A stretch of 64,000 bases of DNA from an uncultured virus (IMG/VR IMGVR_UViG_2825527155_000001) (IMGVR_UViG_2825527155_000001), one strand, 5' to 3'. Numbered from the stretch's first letter, positions 29,635-40,467 are shown. Notes: generated by a model not told the origin, from the sequence alone. Numbers and translations: made by a program.

Positions 29635-30251
29635 GCTTTTGCCTCCGTTGTCGGTGAATGCTCCCCTTGTGCATCATGGTGGTGTTTCTTAACGCCAATA
29701 CCGTCCACCACAACATCGCCTTTGGTAACCTTAATTTCCCCCTGAATATCCGCAGCATTTCCACCATCAGAGCTACCTTTCAGGCCACCAAGATAGGTAA
29801 GCAGACCTTTCACTGTGGCATTACCCGTTATGATGGTTTCCGGCGCATCAATCGTGACGGTTCCTGTGGCTTTAACCGTCACATCACCAACAGCATCGAC
29901 CAGCAATGAATTTGATTCCCTGTCATTCTCAATACGGGTTCCATTCCTGAATCTGATAACGCGCTTGTTTACGGTGTTTGCAGGAGGGGTATGCGTTTCA
30001 TCGTAAAAGCTGCCAAGGATAAAACCCTGCTGCGGTCCAACGGGAAAAAACAGGCATAAAACCTGCTCACCAACATCAGGCATCCAGTAATCAGCATTCT
30101 CATCCGTATTTTTCACAATGACCTGCAAACTGGCTGAGGTCACATTGTCCTGATCATCAAAAGTGACTCTGACCGTCACTCTTTTTTCATCAATATCAGA
30201 CACCACACCAACCCGGATAAGCTGGCGAATCAATGTTTCTAAATCGTTCAT
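29631..30251 (-). CDS. Baseplate assembly protein V (spike)
   Basis: WMPDVGEQVLCL OB fold; C-terminal HxH. Confidence 0.88.
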   Translation of the reverse strand: MNDLETLIRQLIRVGVVSDIDEKRVTVRVTFDDQDNVTSASLQVIVKNTDENADYWMPDVGEQVLCLFFPVGPQQGFILGSFYDETHTPPANTVNKRVIRFRNGTRIENDRESNSLLVDAVGDVTVKATGTVTIDAPETIITGNATVKGLLTYLGGLKGSSDGGNAADIQGEIKVTKGDVVVDGIGVKKHHHDAQGEHSPTTEAKA

Positions 30252-31253
30252 TCAGTATCCTTCAATGACTCTACGAATATCGGCCGATGTGGTATACCCA
30301 CCGTTACTAATGGCATGAGTTGCTTTTGAAACCAGATACTTACCAGAAAATTTACCAAACCCGGCTAAATTGAGCGTGACGCCTGCAATAAGTCGGGTAT
30401 CACCAGGCAACACCAAAGAACCGGTATTCTGATATCGGTTTTTTAATCTCAACGCCGCTTTCGCTTTACGCTTCGCCTCATCGAGGTTTGCGACCAGTTT
30501 TCTGATTTTGAGGTTGGCGCCATCTTCAACAGAAGGATCTTCCCAGGTATACGCCAGTGATTTTCTTTTTTTAGGTACCCGATATTTGCAGGTGCAGCTC
30601 TTATACAAATCAGAAGATTGAGCACTGAAGGAATAACGAATAATTTCATCAACACCCAGCGTCAGGGTTGCTATTGGCTCTTTTTCCTCAAACATTTCCT
30701 GAGCAAATATCACAAGCTGACTATCCGTAACTTTTAAGGACACGCCTTCATCCTGACAAAGACGATGGAGAAACTTTAAGTCGCTTTCCTCCATCTGGTC
30801 TTCACGTTCGTAATATGGATTACTGCCCTCATCGATAAGAAACATCAGCTCAAGGTTGGCCAGCTTCGCTATTGATGTAGCGATATCCCTGAGCGTAGTT
30901 TTCTCCCAGGCGTTGCTTTTCAAATCACGGCGTACACCAGCGGCTACGGGTACAGATACCGCGCTAACCTCAACAACAGAAGGAGGGCCAGACGATGTGA
31001 TACCATCAACCTGAAAACTGCCACACTCCAGCGCTATCTGATTGAATGGCTTAAAGACAAGACGAATAAAGTCCCCTTTTTCAGGTGACCAGTCGCCAGA
31101 CCATTTCCCGTCGTCGTTCTTCAGCGTAATAGCGATGTCATCAACCTGTCCGTCCTCATTATCGGTATACGATATTGAGAGAATGTCAGGCTGCATGTCA
31201 GCCGTGATATCCATATTCTGGTAAATCACGTCAAAAAGAGTTTTACGTAACAC
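30252..31253 (-). CDS. Late control/baseplate hub GpD-like protein
   Basis: YTDNEDGQVD, QMEESDLKFLHRL motifs. Confidence 0.85.
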   Translation of the reverse strand: MLRKTLFDVIYQNMDITADMQPDILSISYTDNEDGQVDDIAITLKNDDGKWSGDWSPEKGDFIRLVFKPFNQIALECGSFQVDGITSSGPPSVVEVSAVSVPVAAGVRRDLKSNAWEKTTLRDIATSIAKLANLELMFLIDEGSNPYYEREDQMEESDLKFLHRLCQDEGVSLKVTDSQLVIFAQEMFEEKEPIATLTLGVDEIIRYSFSAQSSDLYKSCTCKYRVPKKRKSLAYTWEDPSVEDGANLKIRKLVANLDEAKRKAKAALRLKNRYQNTGSLVLPGDTRLIAGVTLNLAGFGKFSGKYLVSKATHAISNGGYTTSADIRRVIEGY

Positions 31254-31461
31254 TGTTTCGCTTCCACGGTGGCAGGTTATTCACGGTTGCCGGCTTTGCA
31301 GGTGCATCAGGAACAGTCAGGATGACTCCGGCAGAAAAAAGCACCGTTAAACGGTGCATTGGGTTGGCATCAACAAGCAGATAAGACAGATATTCATTTC
31401 CATATAGTCTGGCGGCAATGCTGTCCCAGGCATCGCCCTGTATGGTCCTGTAATTATCCAA
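31243..31461 (-). CDS. Tail protein X (LysM-like)
   Basis: YRTIQGDAWDSIA...ANP...LPPW. Confidence 0.88.
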   Translation of the reverse strand: MDNYRTIQGDAWDSIAARLYGNEYLSYLLVDANPMHRLTVLFSAGVILTVPDAPAKPATVNNLPPWKRNSVT

Positions 31462-33910
31462 AGCTTAACCTCCGACTCTGAAAAAGGTGGGCGCTCATTT
31501 TCTTCTCAAAATCTGAGTAACCCGCGTCCAGCGCCCTCTGTACAGCCGCTTCTGTTTCCTTTGGTGAACCAGGGGGAAGATTAATCACTGGTGCGTATGT
31601 AATCCCACCAGGCGGTATGACGGCGCCCCCGGAGGCTCCCGAGCGAGATGACAGGCCTCCTGCAACTGATATTCCATGAGGAGAAAAGCGGGTCTGCCCG
31701 AACTTACCTGAAATTGCAGTCTGGAGGCTGTTACTCCCGTTAACTCCAGAGGCCAGCGTGGCCATTATTGCGCCACCGGATTTAGTCAGTTGAGAGAATG
31801 GCCCGCGCTTTGCGTCAGAAAATGGCAGGTACTCACGAACGGTCGCAAAAACACCCTTCACCTCATCAACCAGAGCACTAGCTTTCGATTTAATACCGGT
31901 GATCAGGGTTTCAATAATTTTAGCCCCGGAGTCGCTCCAGTTGATGGTGTTAAGTATGTCAGCCCCCGCTTTGAAGGCCTGTACCAGCCAGCCAACAGGC
32001 GTAAAATTCATGAATACAAATTTCAGTCCTTCAAGAGCCTTAACGCCATATTCCCTGATTGTTGGCCACACCTTTACCGCACAGGCCTTGATCTTGTCCC
32101 AGTTCTGATAGAGCAAAACCCCGGCCGCAACGAGAGCCGATATAGCCAGCTGTATCCAGCCAAAAGGAGTCATTTTTGTTGCTACAGACAGCGCCAGCAT
32201 CGCCACACGACAGGCAATAACCGCGGTTCTCATTGCCAGTAACGCCCCGGCCGTCAATACAATCTGCGATACCAGATTGGGGTTATTTGCGACAAACTCA
32301 CTGACTTTAGTAAGCAATGGCACCAGGACACCAAGCGCCGCGTTTAATGCTGGTTGTAGAGCCTGACCAAAACTCAGTGCGGCATTACTGGCCTGAATGC
32401 GGAGCTGCTTTAAACGCTCCGCATTATCTTTGGTGATATTCGCAAAATCGCGATCAACAACAGCACCACCAGCACCAAGAGAGGTTTCCTTAATCCGTCG
32501 GTATTCTTCCCAGTTCTGGATCATTGGCCGGACAAAGTTCTGCACCTGCATATCACCAAAAAGCTCACCCAGTAATTTCTGATCGCCATTTTTGGTCATT
32601 TTGATGACAGACTTCATTGCCGCTTCAAACGGGTTCTGTCCTTTCTTTTGTGCGGAAGTAACGATTTTGTACATATCAACGCCAAAGTTCTTTTGAGCCT
32701 TCTTCAGCGTTTCAGGCGAAAGGATTTTCGCCATAAAGTTATTCATGTTGTTGGCGGCTTCATCAGAGGTTGATGCCCCCTTACGGGCTATCTGTAGTGC
32801 AGCCCCCATTGTTGCTGCTGCCTCATTCCCTCCCATTTTCAGGGCCTGGAACTGGGCGCCAAGAACAGGAAGATTTTTGGCCATATCCTTAAATTCGAAG
32901 TTCCCCTCTTTACCCGCCTGAACCAGAATCCCCATAGCTGTTTTCATTTGAGAGGGATCGATTTTAAGAGCATCGCTGAGTGTAAAGGATGCTTTGGAAA
33001 CATCGAGTATGTCTGAGCCGGTTGCAGTCGCAGTACGCCCTATTGTCAGAAGGTTAGCCTGAGCTTCTTTGTAATCCTGACCAGCTGCAACCAGGAAGCC
33101 CTGAGCCGCCTGAATATCAGACGCAAACTGGTTTGTCGCAGCCCCGGTGACAAGCATCGCCTGGCCCATAGCCTGAACCTCAGCTGGCTTCATATCTGCT
33201 GTCAGGCCGATCATTTTGTTCTCACGGTTAAAATTAGCCGTGTTATTGGCCGCAGCAAATACCCCGGCAGCTACAGCTGTAGTCTGTACACCGGATCTGA
33301 CTAACTGGCCTTTGGCTTCTCCGAGCTGTTCCATTTTCAGCTCGCGGCGTTTCTCCAGCGACCGGTTGAGTTCATCCTGAGCCCGTTTTGCATCCAGAAT
33401 AGTAGTCCTGGCCTGAGCCAGTGCTGTTTTATAGCGGATTACCTGCTCTACGCTGCGAGACTGAGCTTCACGATTGCGATCAATGCTGAGTTTCAGCTCT
33501 TTTTCACGAGCTGTCAGCCCCTTAGCTGATGTATCAGCCCCACCGTAGGCGTTTTTCAGCGAAGCGAGTTCGTCACGCTGTGAACGTAACGATGTGCGTA
33601 AATTTGATGACTGAGTTTTTGCCCTTTCAAACTCCCGGATCATCGCCCGGGTTGGGTTCCCGGTATTACTTATCTGCCGCTGCAGCTCTTCCACGCGAGC
33701 GGCCGCTTTATGGTATTCAAGCGCCGTCTGCCCAACCCTGGCTTTCATCGCCTGAAGCTTTTGAACCTCGCCCTGGTCTTTTCTGAGATCGGTTAACTCA
33801 GAGTTAAGTTTCGCCACTGCCTGATGAGCAACGTTAAAACTCTTTGGGAGAGAGGCGGCAACTTTGCCGCCTATTTCAAAAGCCAGCTGAAAGTTCTTAT
33901 TACTGGCCAT
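31454..33910 (-). CDS. Tail tape measure protein
   Basis: 818 aa helical protein with TMP core and LYQNWDKIK motif. Confidence 0.9.
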   Translation of the reverse strand: MASNKNFQLAFEIGGKVAASLPKSFNVAHQAVAKLNSELTDLRKDQGEVQKLQAMKARVGQTALEYHKAAARVEELQRQISNTGNPTRAMIREFERAKTQSSNLRTSLRSQRDELASLKNAYGGADTSAKGLTAREKELKLSIDRNREAQSRSVEQVIRYKTALAQARTTILDAKRAQDELNRSLEKRRELKMEQLGEAKGQLVRSGVQTTAVAAGVFAAANNTANFNRENKMIGLTADMKPAEVQAMGQAMLVTGAATNQFASDIQAAQGFLVAAGQDYKEAQANLLTIGRTATATGSDILDVSKASFTLSDALKIDPSQMKTAMGILVQAGKEGNFEFKDMAKNLPVLGAQFQALKMGGNEAAATMGAALQIARKGASTSDEAANNMNNFMAKILSPETLKKAQKNFGVDMYKIVTSAQKKGQNPFEAAMKSVIKMTKNGDQKLLGELFGDMQVQNFVRPMIQNWEEYRRIKETSLGAGGAVVDRDFANITKDNAERLKQLRIQASNAALSFGQALQPALNAALGVLVPLLTKVSEFVANNPNLVSQIVLTAGALLAMRTAVIACRVAMLALSVATKMTPFGWIQLAISALVAAGVLLYQNWDKIKACAVKVWPTIREYGVKALEGLKFVFMNFTPVGWLVQAFKAGADILNTINWSDSGAKIIETLITGIKSKASALVDEVKGVFATVREYLPFSDAKRGPFSQLTKSGGAIMATLASGVNGSNSLQTAISGKFGQTRFSPHGISVAGGLSSRSGASGGAVIPPGGITYAPVINLPPGSPKETEAAVQRALDAGYSDFEKKMSAHLFQSRRLSFG

Positions 33911-34080
33911 TATTTATTATCCTCATTAAACAGCTCAATCCAGGCGATAAGGCGACTCAGCCGAAGCGAGAGCCAGTATGAAATCGGTGTGAATTGTTCT
34001 GATTGAGAGAGGGAACGAGCGGCCCTCATGACTTGCTTATCCATTGGGGTGCGTGGATCGAACCCTACGCCAGCAAAAAA
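33910..34080 (-). CDS. -1 frameshift extension of the tail assembly chaperone (gpGT / E-E' type)
   Basis: TTTTTTG slippery site at 34074-34080; the -1 frame stays open (FAGVGFDPRT...WIELFNEDNK) to a TAA overlapping the TMP ATG. Confidence 0.75.
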   Translation of the reverse strand, partial: FFAGVGFDPRTPMDKQVMRAARSLSQSEQFTPISYWLSLRLSRLIAWIELFNEDNK

Positions 34081-34346
34081 CTTTGTACCCTCTGGCAGAT
34101 TTTCACGAAGTCACGCGCTGGCAAGCCGTTAATATACTCAACCGGACGATCCAGACAGCGAGCAGCTAACGCAGCCTGGACTTTATTATCTAATGCAGCT
34201 GAAGCAGAAACATGCCCCTGAGCCTGTAATACGTCAGTCACTTCTAAAATATCCGCCCCCTTCAACTCGTCCAGGTTAAGAACTATTTTTGACGTTGGTT
34301 CATAATCTTCAAAACGATACTCTTTACTTAATTCAATAATTTCCAT
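34065..34346 (-). CDS. Tail assembly chaperone
   Basis: Between tube and TMP; LPARDF motif. Confidence 0.82.
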   Translation of the reverse strand: MEIIELSKEYRFEDYEPTSKIVLNLDELKGADILEVTDVLQAQGHVSASAALDNKVQAALAARCLDRPVEYINGLPARDFVKICQRVQSFLLA

Positions 34347-34355
34347 CTTATCCCC

Positions 34356-34877
34356 TTAGAGCCCTAAATCATCACGAACAGTCTGAAGGATATCTTCGCC
34401 ATTAAAGATGCAGATATAGTTCAACTTATCTATTTCAAGAACTTCCTTTCCGTTAATAAATAATTTGAGATACAGAACCTCAAATTCATTTTCAGTATCA
34501 GTCGCTTTTGATACCTGTAACGAACCAAGATCTAATTTCTTAGGATTCAGCTTCATTGAAGCGCGGATTGGTACGGTTTTATATTTACCGGTTCCCGCAT
34601 CGTAGACCTGCTGACTCCCCCTGAAATCCACCTGATGCGATGAAGAAAGAAACAGGTTTGTACCATCAGCTGTTAATGTTCGCCATTTCAGCGAAACACT
34701 CATTGATTTGAAGTGTCCGAGCGTCCCGGTTTCAATTTCACCTGCAATTCCGGCACCTGAAACTGTTTCTGTCATCATTTCAATGGACGGTAATTTAGCA
34801 TCAGCTATGCCAATAATACGGCTACCTTCACCATAAACGGTGAAGTTAATTAAACGTTCTGGAATTTGATTACTCAA
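34356..34877 (-). CDS. Major tail tube protein (P2 FII-like)
   Basis: LP.I....SGAGIAGE; EIDKLNYI motifs. Confidence 0.88.
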   Translation of the reverse strand: MSNQIPERLINFTVYGEGSRIIGIADAKLPSIEMMTETVSGAGIAGEIETGTLGHFKSMSVSLKWRTLTADGTNLFLSSSHQVDFRGSQQVYDAGTGKYKTVPIRASMKLNPKKLDLGSLQVSKATDTENEFEVLYLKLFINGKEVLEIDKLNYICIFNGEDILQTVRDDLGL

Positions 34878-34889
34878 AACAACCCCCTG

Positions 34890-36359
34890 TTAATTAGCTG
34901 AGCCAAACAGATTCAATAAATAGTCGGGGTTATATTCCATAATAAACTCTATATCTCGCGCCGGAGAGTATGGAGTAAATTTCACATGGAATTTAACGAT
35001 CCCATCCATCAACGCCGTCGTCGGATTTTCAGCCTGATTAAATTCGACCTTACCGCCAGCAATGTCCTGATTCCCGGTAAGACCGTTAAACCAGATATTA
35101 GCGCTGGTAACGACTGACTCAATCAGTCGTCGGTTAGCAGGGTCATCTATTTTTGACCAGTATGTCAAAATTAGCGTATTCCCTGTCCAGTTAAACATTC
35201 GGCGCCCGACACGAAACGCGTCTTTCGGGTCTGTATTTTTTGGATAAATTGCGGTGCGGTTTCCCCAGGATTTCCAGCCATCAAAATTAAGGCTGGTTAC
35301 GATCCCCTGACCGTTCAGATAGTTGGCCTGACTGTTATTCAACCAAACCTCTGAGCCATCTTTACGGACAGCACCATCCATTTGCAATGTGATATTCGAC
35401 GGAGAACGTGAAGGAACATCACCGTTTTTACTGTCCATCAGACATGTTGCAGCTGCCAGATGAGTGGAGTGGTAATAAATGGTGTCTCCCAGCTTCACCA
35501 TCGGCCAACATACAGTCTGGTTCGCGGCGAGCTGGTTATTGTTCTGCTTCCATTCCGGTACCGCTGAGTAATCACTGATTATCGCCGTATCGGTTGGGGC
35601 GTCAGTTAACGCTTCAGCTTTAAACAGCTCGCTTATCATCGCGGATTTAGTCGCCATTAACTGGCCAACTTCACTGTCCGTACTAAATCCAGGCGCAATC
35701 ACCTGGCCGGGAACCAGTTTAAAGCGCGGGTAAACGTCAGCAAGCAGCTCAAGGCCGGTACTTAACTTAGTGTTAAGATCAACACCGCCGATAATGTCAT
35801 CTTTGGTCACTGCATCAGGATCAAGGTGTGTATAACTTACGGTTAGCGCTGCATCTTTATCCTTGATAGCCCCACCAGTGATTGCGGTAATGACCGTATA
35901 CCCATCGTCATCAAGAGCAAGAATATAGTCGGTATCAACAACAAGAACGGCCGCATCGGGCGCAGCACTTTTTACAACAACAGAGTCGTAGAGAACCCCA
36001 TCCTTAGCCAGCGTTGCCTTACCGCCTGAAAGTTTGACGGCTTCATCGACAACGTCTGCTTTGTGTTTTGTCGGGTCCAGTACATTGATAAACACAACCG
36101 GAGCCACGCCATAGATACCAAAAGCGACCTTAATCACTTCGCTCAAAGTATATTTTTCAAAGTTAGTGCTGAAACCTATCTTTGAAACGGCTTCGGCATA
36201 GGTGTATGCAATAACCGGTTTATTAACCGCAGATGATGGATTATCAAGCTGGTTTACCGGAGAAGTACCAAACGCAACAATTAACCCCGCACTAACGTTT
36301 ACTGGAGGTGTAATTGAAGTAGGTATTTCAGATGTATAAATACCGTGACGGTAGCCCAT
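34890..36359 (-). CDS. Tail sheath protein
   Basis: YRHGIY, SPSN, WGNRT sheath motifs. Confidence 0.9.
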   Translation of the reverse strand: MGYRHGIYTSEIPTSITPPVNVSAGLIVAFGTSPVNQLDNPSSAVNKPVIAYTYAEAVSKIGFSTNFEKYTLSEVIKVAFGIYGVAPVVFINVLDPTKHKADVVDEAVKLSGGKATLAKDGVLYDSVVVKSAAPDAAVLVVDTDYILALDDDGYTVITAITGGAIKDKDAALTVSYTHLDPDAVTKDDIIGGVDLNTKLSTGLELLADVYPRFKLVPGQVIAPGFSTDSEVGQLMATKSAMISELFKAEALTDAPTDTAIISDYSAVPEWKQNNNQLAANQTVCWPMVKLGDTIYYHSTHLAAATCLMDSKNGDVPSRSPSNITLQMDGAVRKDGSEVWLNNSQANYLNGQGIVTSLNFDGWKSWGNRTAIYPKNTDPKDAFRVGRRMFNWTGNTLILTYWSKIDDPANRRLIESVVTSANIWFNGLTGNQDIAGGKVEFNQAENPTTALMDGIVKFHVKFTPYSPARDIEFIMEYNPDYLLNLFGSAN

Positions 36360-36658
36360 TAATTAATCTCCTTCATCGCTGCAAAAACACGCGAATACAT
36401 CACAGCTTCAACACTGGTTTTATCGCTAAGCCGCTTTTCTGCATCAGCAAAATCAGCAGTAGTAACAAAGAGTTGTTTAGCACCAGGAATAACGCTTATC
36501 AGCTTTTCACACTCCACCGACAAACCATTCCGATATATTCTGTGCTTCAGCAATGAAATTTGAGGAATTGTTGGCCCGATATAAATTAATGTCGGGATAT
36601 TTTCTTTTTTTGGCGTAGCCGCGCCCGCCGCTTTCGCGGTTTTTTTCTCAGTAGTCAT
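36359..36658 (-). CDS. Hypothetical virion-region protein
   Basis: Translationally coupled ORF in the late operon. Confidence 0.7.
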   Translation of the reverse strand: MTTEKKTAKAAGAATPKKENIPTLIYIGPTIPQISLLKHRIYRNGLSVECEKLISVIPGAKQLFVTTADFADAEKRLSDKTSVEAVMYSRVFAAMKEIN

Positions 36659-37143
36659 TAGAGATCGTCCTGAAATTGAGTATTTTGAGGTTTAATTACT
36701 GACCAGGAACCAATCGCCTCCATTACCCAAAAAGGATATGGCTGATCATCGAACAACTTCCAGTGGATATCGTTCTGAAATTCATACTGCATATCCAGAA
36801 CAGGTTTTTCCTGAAAATCCTTAGCCATTCGGCCAAGAACAATCATTAACCATTCATATCCGGTTGGATCTTCACAAAAACCACCCAGCAGGAATTTCAC
36901 CCGAACAGTATCCATGTCAGGCTGCATTCCCCCTTCTGTGGGACGGATTATAATGTGAGGAAACTCTGGAGGTTTATTTGGGTCTGGGGCTGATTTTGGC
37001 GGTAAAAAACCTTTGAAGATAGTGGGAACATACAACTTAACGTCTGTATCCCTCTCATCCTCTGAAGGCCCCTGTATCAACAGGTTAGGGCAAATCTCTT
37101 TCTCTAACCGACTTTTTATTGCATCAATCAACAGATTGCTCAA
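36658..37143 (-). CDS. Putative tail terminator/completion protein
   Basis: Size and position before sheath. Confidence 0.55.
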   Translation of the reverse strand: MSNLLIDAIKSRLEKEICPNLLIQGPSEDERDTDVKLYVPTIFKGFLPPKSAPDPNKPPEFPHIIIRPTEGGMQPDMDTVRVKFLLGGFCEDPTGYEWLMIVLGRMAKDFQEKPVLDMQYEFQNDIHWKLFDDQPYPFWVMEAIGSWSVIKPQNTQFQDDL

Positions 37144-37484
37144 ATTGGCATACCTCTGTTCGTATTGATAGTCAGAGTTATTTCTAACACCCCTGAATTA
37201 TCTGCGGCCTCATTCACAACATAGCTACGACCGTTAATAACCATTAATTGGTCCTTAACAGGAACGTGAGCAAAATCATTACGCGAAGCAAATAGCGTTA
37301 TTTGCCCCTGATTTACACCCTCAGCAAACTCAGCATATGAGCGCTTATTACGTTCGTGAACGAGGTCTGTATCCAGAACGGCAAGGATGTCCTTGCCGTC
37401 AAGGTTGTAGATGTCAGCAAACTCTTTCTCATTCATAAATACCGCAGAAATATCCTGCGCCATTATCTCTTTAAAAGAGTTCAT
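37140..37484 (-). CDS. Putative head-tail joining protein
   Basis: SFKEIMAQDISAVFMNEKEFA motif; position after capsid. Confidence 0.65.
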   Translation of the reverse strand: MNSFKEIMAQDISAVFMNEKEFADIYNLDGKDILAVLDTDLVHERNKRSYAEFAEGVNQGQITLFASRNDFAHVPVKDQLMVINGRSYVVNEAADNSGVLEITLTINTNRGMPI

Positions 37485-37490
37485 CGAATG

Positions 37491-37946
37491 TTACGCCTTT
37501 GATTTTTTTTCCTTCGCAGAAGCCTTAGCCTGGTCCTTTTCTGGCTTTATGCCTTCCTCTGCAACGCTATCGGAATAATTGGTGTTATCTCCACCAGAAA
37601 CACCTGTACTGATATTCGTGTTAGCGATATCTGTATCGATCTCGCTAACATTGAAAATACAAGTGCCAGCCTCTTCCGCACTGATTAGCCCCTCATCAAC
37701 AGCATCATTTACTGCAGCAGCATAACCATGCCGATAACCCCGCTTGAATGCCATTTCAAACGCTTCAGCGGCGTGCTCAGCGTTTTTTCCGTTATCAGTG
37801 AGGGGTTCGTCGCCATCAGTCGCTTTAGCGTGACCTGAAGCGATTAGCTCAGCAATTTTTGATTCTGGCAAAACCCCATCAAGCAAACGGCCCGCTTTAA
37901 GCGAGCCGTATTGACGGGTATCGATGTTTTTAACTAAACGGGCCAT
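37491..37946 (-). CDS. Hypothetical protein (after capsid, FI-like position)
   Basis: 151 aa ORF directly after the capsid gene. Confidence 0.6.
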   Translation of the reverse strand: MARLVKNIDTRQYGSLKAGRLLDGVLPESKIAELIASGHAKATDGDEPLTDNGKNAEHAAEAFEMAFKRGYRHGYAAAVNDAVDEGLISAEEAGTCIFNVSEIDTDIANTNISTGVSGGDNTNYSDSVAEEGIKPEKDQAKASAKEKKSKA

Positions 37947-38990
37947 TTACACCACCTTAGCAACCAGATAAGCATCCGCCACGCCGGGGTTAGGCAACGG
38001 CGCGGACTTCATCGCGACAAAACGCCCTTCTGGTTTTCGGCTTACCCAGGTATCGGGAACACGAGGTGATTCCACCAGCGTGAAGCTTTTTTCCGCTTCA
38101 TCGGCCAGTACAACCGCCCCATAGAGCATTTCACCGCGTCCCGGCGCACCGAGAAGAATTTTATCTTCAGGTACCAACGGTTCTGTTTTTCCGCTTACGT
38201 CGTTGTAAACCAGTTCATCGTAGCCATAGAAATCAACGCCTTCGATGGTACCGTAAAATGTAACGCCCTCTTCCAGATCTTTAGGCTCAATCTTACCTAA
38301 CTCCTTACGGCGGTTATCCAGGTACTTACTGATAGCTTCGTTTGCAACGAAGGCATCAACAACTTTAGCCCCCATGACTGCAACGCGCGGGGTAAAACCA
38401 GATGTTAATGACACCCTACGCTTCCAGTTGCGCACATTGACCAGTGGATCAGATGCAGCCGATGTCCAGAGGTCATCACCAGTCAGTTCAAGATACGGTT
38501 TATCAGCATCATTATCCGGCCAGAAATATACTGTTTCTTCTACGCCAGTACCGACGATTTCAACCATACCGCTGAAAAGAACCTGAGAACACATCCATTC
38601 TTCGCGACGGTTGACCATATCATCCAGTTCAACCAGATCTTTACCTAATTGCTCAGCGGCGCGTTCCTGTGGCGATTTAGAGTTATAGATATTCTCACCT
38701 GGCAGGCGATTAAGAAGATGCTCTGCAGTAGTAACCAGGTCAGGTGCAACGAGCGGTGGCCGTAACGTTTTTGTTTCAAAACCGTGGCGCTCAACCGTTT
38801 TTGATCCGTACCCTTTACCAACAAATGGCGCCATAGTGCGACCACCGCGAACAAAGTCGAGATCCACTTTTTCAGTGTTGAAGGTCGAAATACCAGGGAA
38901 AAATGTACGCAGAAGGAAGCGGCGTGGTTCAAAGTTCTGTATGACCGGCTCCAACATCGTGCGACGTTCAAAAATATCAATATTTGGCAT
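37947..38990 (-). CDS. Major capsid protein (lambda gpE family)
   Basis: MAPFV, RREEWMC, SAPLP motifs. Confidence 0.92.
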   Translation of the reverse strand: MPNIDIFERRTMLEPVIQNFEPRRFLLRTFFPGISTFNTEKVDLDFVRGGRTMAPFVGKGYGSKTVERHGFETKTLRPPLVAPDLVTTAEHLLNRLPGENIYNSKSPQERAAEQLGKDLVELDDMVNRREEWMCSQVLFSGMVEIVGTGVEETVYFWPDNDADKPYLELTGDDLWTSAASDPLVNVRNWKRRVSLTSGFTPRVAVMGAKVVDAFVANEAISKYLDNRRKELGKIEPKDLEEGVTFYGTIEGVDFYGYDELVYNDVSGKTEPLVPEDKILLGAPGRGEMLYGAVVLADEAEKSFTLVESPRVPDTWVSRKPEGRFVAMKSAPLPNPGVADAYLVAKVV

Positions 38991-39005
38991 GTTTATTCAG
39001 CTCCT

Positions 39006-39392
39006 TCAGGCCACAGGGTTAGGCATAGCATCGTTGAGGAATAAACCGACCTTACGGCAGGCCAGATATACATCAGCAACCTTTACACCAGCTGGCAGAA
39101 TCACTTTGCGACTATTGAATACTCCGGTCGCCCACGCAGTTCCACGACATGCTTTTTTAGAAGCATCGATACGATGCTGTGCAATACAGAAAGGCAATTT
39201 TTCTTCCGCATTCGCACTGGTCAGGTCAATCGCTGCAACCGTAACTACGTTGGTTGCGGGATCAATACTGACGAAGGAAAGCAACGTGCCGCGCTCAATA
39301 ACACCGCTGGCTACATTGATATTGACTGGTACAGCTGGCATGGCGCCAGATATAACCAGGTTGTCTGGTTCATGAGTAAAAGTTTCCTGCAT
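39006..39392 (-). CDS. Head decoration protein (gpD-like)
   Basis: ERGTLL...GVFN motif; between protease and capsid. Confidence 0.78.
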   Translation of the reverse strand: MQETFTHEPDNLVISGAMPAVPVNINVASGVIERGTLLSFVSIDPATNVVTVAAIDLTSANAEEKLPFCIAQHRIDASKKACRGTAWATGVFNSRKVILPAGVKVADVYLACRKVGLFLNDAMPNPVA

Positions 39393-39402
39393 GTCCTACC
39401 CC

Positions 39403-40467
39403 TCAACGCTTGTTACGATTTTGAAATGCCGAACCAATGCTGTTTTTCACTGCTTCAACCTCTTGCTCACCCTTATTCTGTGGTGCCAGGGTATCAACGG
39501 CTTTTTTCAGCGGATCGGCATCATCCATTCTGTTCTGCAGATACGCGGCATTACGGCCGCGCTCCGCGTTCATAATTTCCAGAGCCAATGCTTCAGCAGA
39601 TACTCCTGTTTCGAATTTGGCTTTGTTGACCAATTCGTCATGCCCGGGAATAACTGAATCCTCAATTTGCTTAATTCGCTCACGTTCGGCCTTCACACCG
39701 TCATCTTTACCTGCATTGAATACCTGGTTATATAAATCAGGATGTTTGTTTTTCAGGGTTTCGAGATCCACGATCTCCTCCTCGTTATGCGCGGTCGGCA
39801 CCGCAGATTGTTTGTTATCTGGTACTGTTAATTTGGCGAGTGAATCAGGCAGGTGAGCAAAGCGGGAAGCGTCAAAGCTCATACCATTCAGGGAGAAAAC
39901 GCCGTTGTTAAGAGATGCGGCCAGGCGCATTGGCTGTTCCACTTCATCGGCAAAGCCCAGCTCAACAGCTTCATCGGCACTGAACCAGGTTTCGGCGTCC
40001 ATCAACTCAATAAGTTTTTCGTCAGAAAGCCCCGTTTTTTCACGATAAGCGGCCAGGATGCTATTTCTGACTTTATCCATCATTTCAGCGATGCTACGAA
40101 GCTCTTCTGAGTCACCAGCGGCAAGCGTCCACGGGTTATGGATCATCATCATTGCGTTAGCCGGTATGATGATTTTATCCCCGGCCATCGCAATGATGGT
40201 TGCGGCCGATGCAGCTATACCATCGATATAGACGGTGACATTAGCCGGGTGACGCTTCAGGGAAGAGAGTATCGCTTGCGCGGTAAAAACTGAGCCGCCA
40301 TAGCTGTTGATGCGGACAACAATGGTTTTAGCCGTGACGTCCTTCAGTTGCTTAACGACTTCAGCGGAAGAAATATCATCCCATTCCCCGATATAGCCGT
40401 AGAGTTGCATTTCAGCCGGGGTATCATCTTCCCCCGCTGAGTTTTTGATATTCCACCAGTTAGACAT
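39403..40467 (-). CDS. Head maturation protease, ClpP-like
   Basis: INSYGG, DGIAASAAT, MIHNP, ETW motifs. Confidence 0.92.
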   Translation of the reverse strand: MSNWWNIKNSAGEDDTPAEMQLYGYIGEWDDISSAEVVKQLKDVTAKTIVVRINSYGGSVFTAQAILSSLKRHPANVTVYIDGIAASAATIIAMAGDKIIIPANAMMMIHNPWTLAAGDSEELRSIAEMMDKVRNSILAAYREKTGLSDEKLIELMDAETWFSADEAVELGFADEVEQPMRLAASLNNGVFSLNGMSFDASRFAHLPDSLAKLTVPDNKQSAVPTAHNEEEIVDLETLKNKHPDLYNQVFNAGKDDGVKAERERIKQIEDSVIPGHDELVNKAKFETGVSAEALALEIMNAERGRNAAYLQNRMDDADPLKKAVDTLAPQNKGEQEVEAVKNSIGSAFQNRNKR

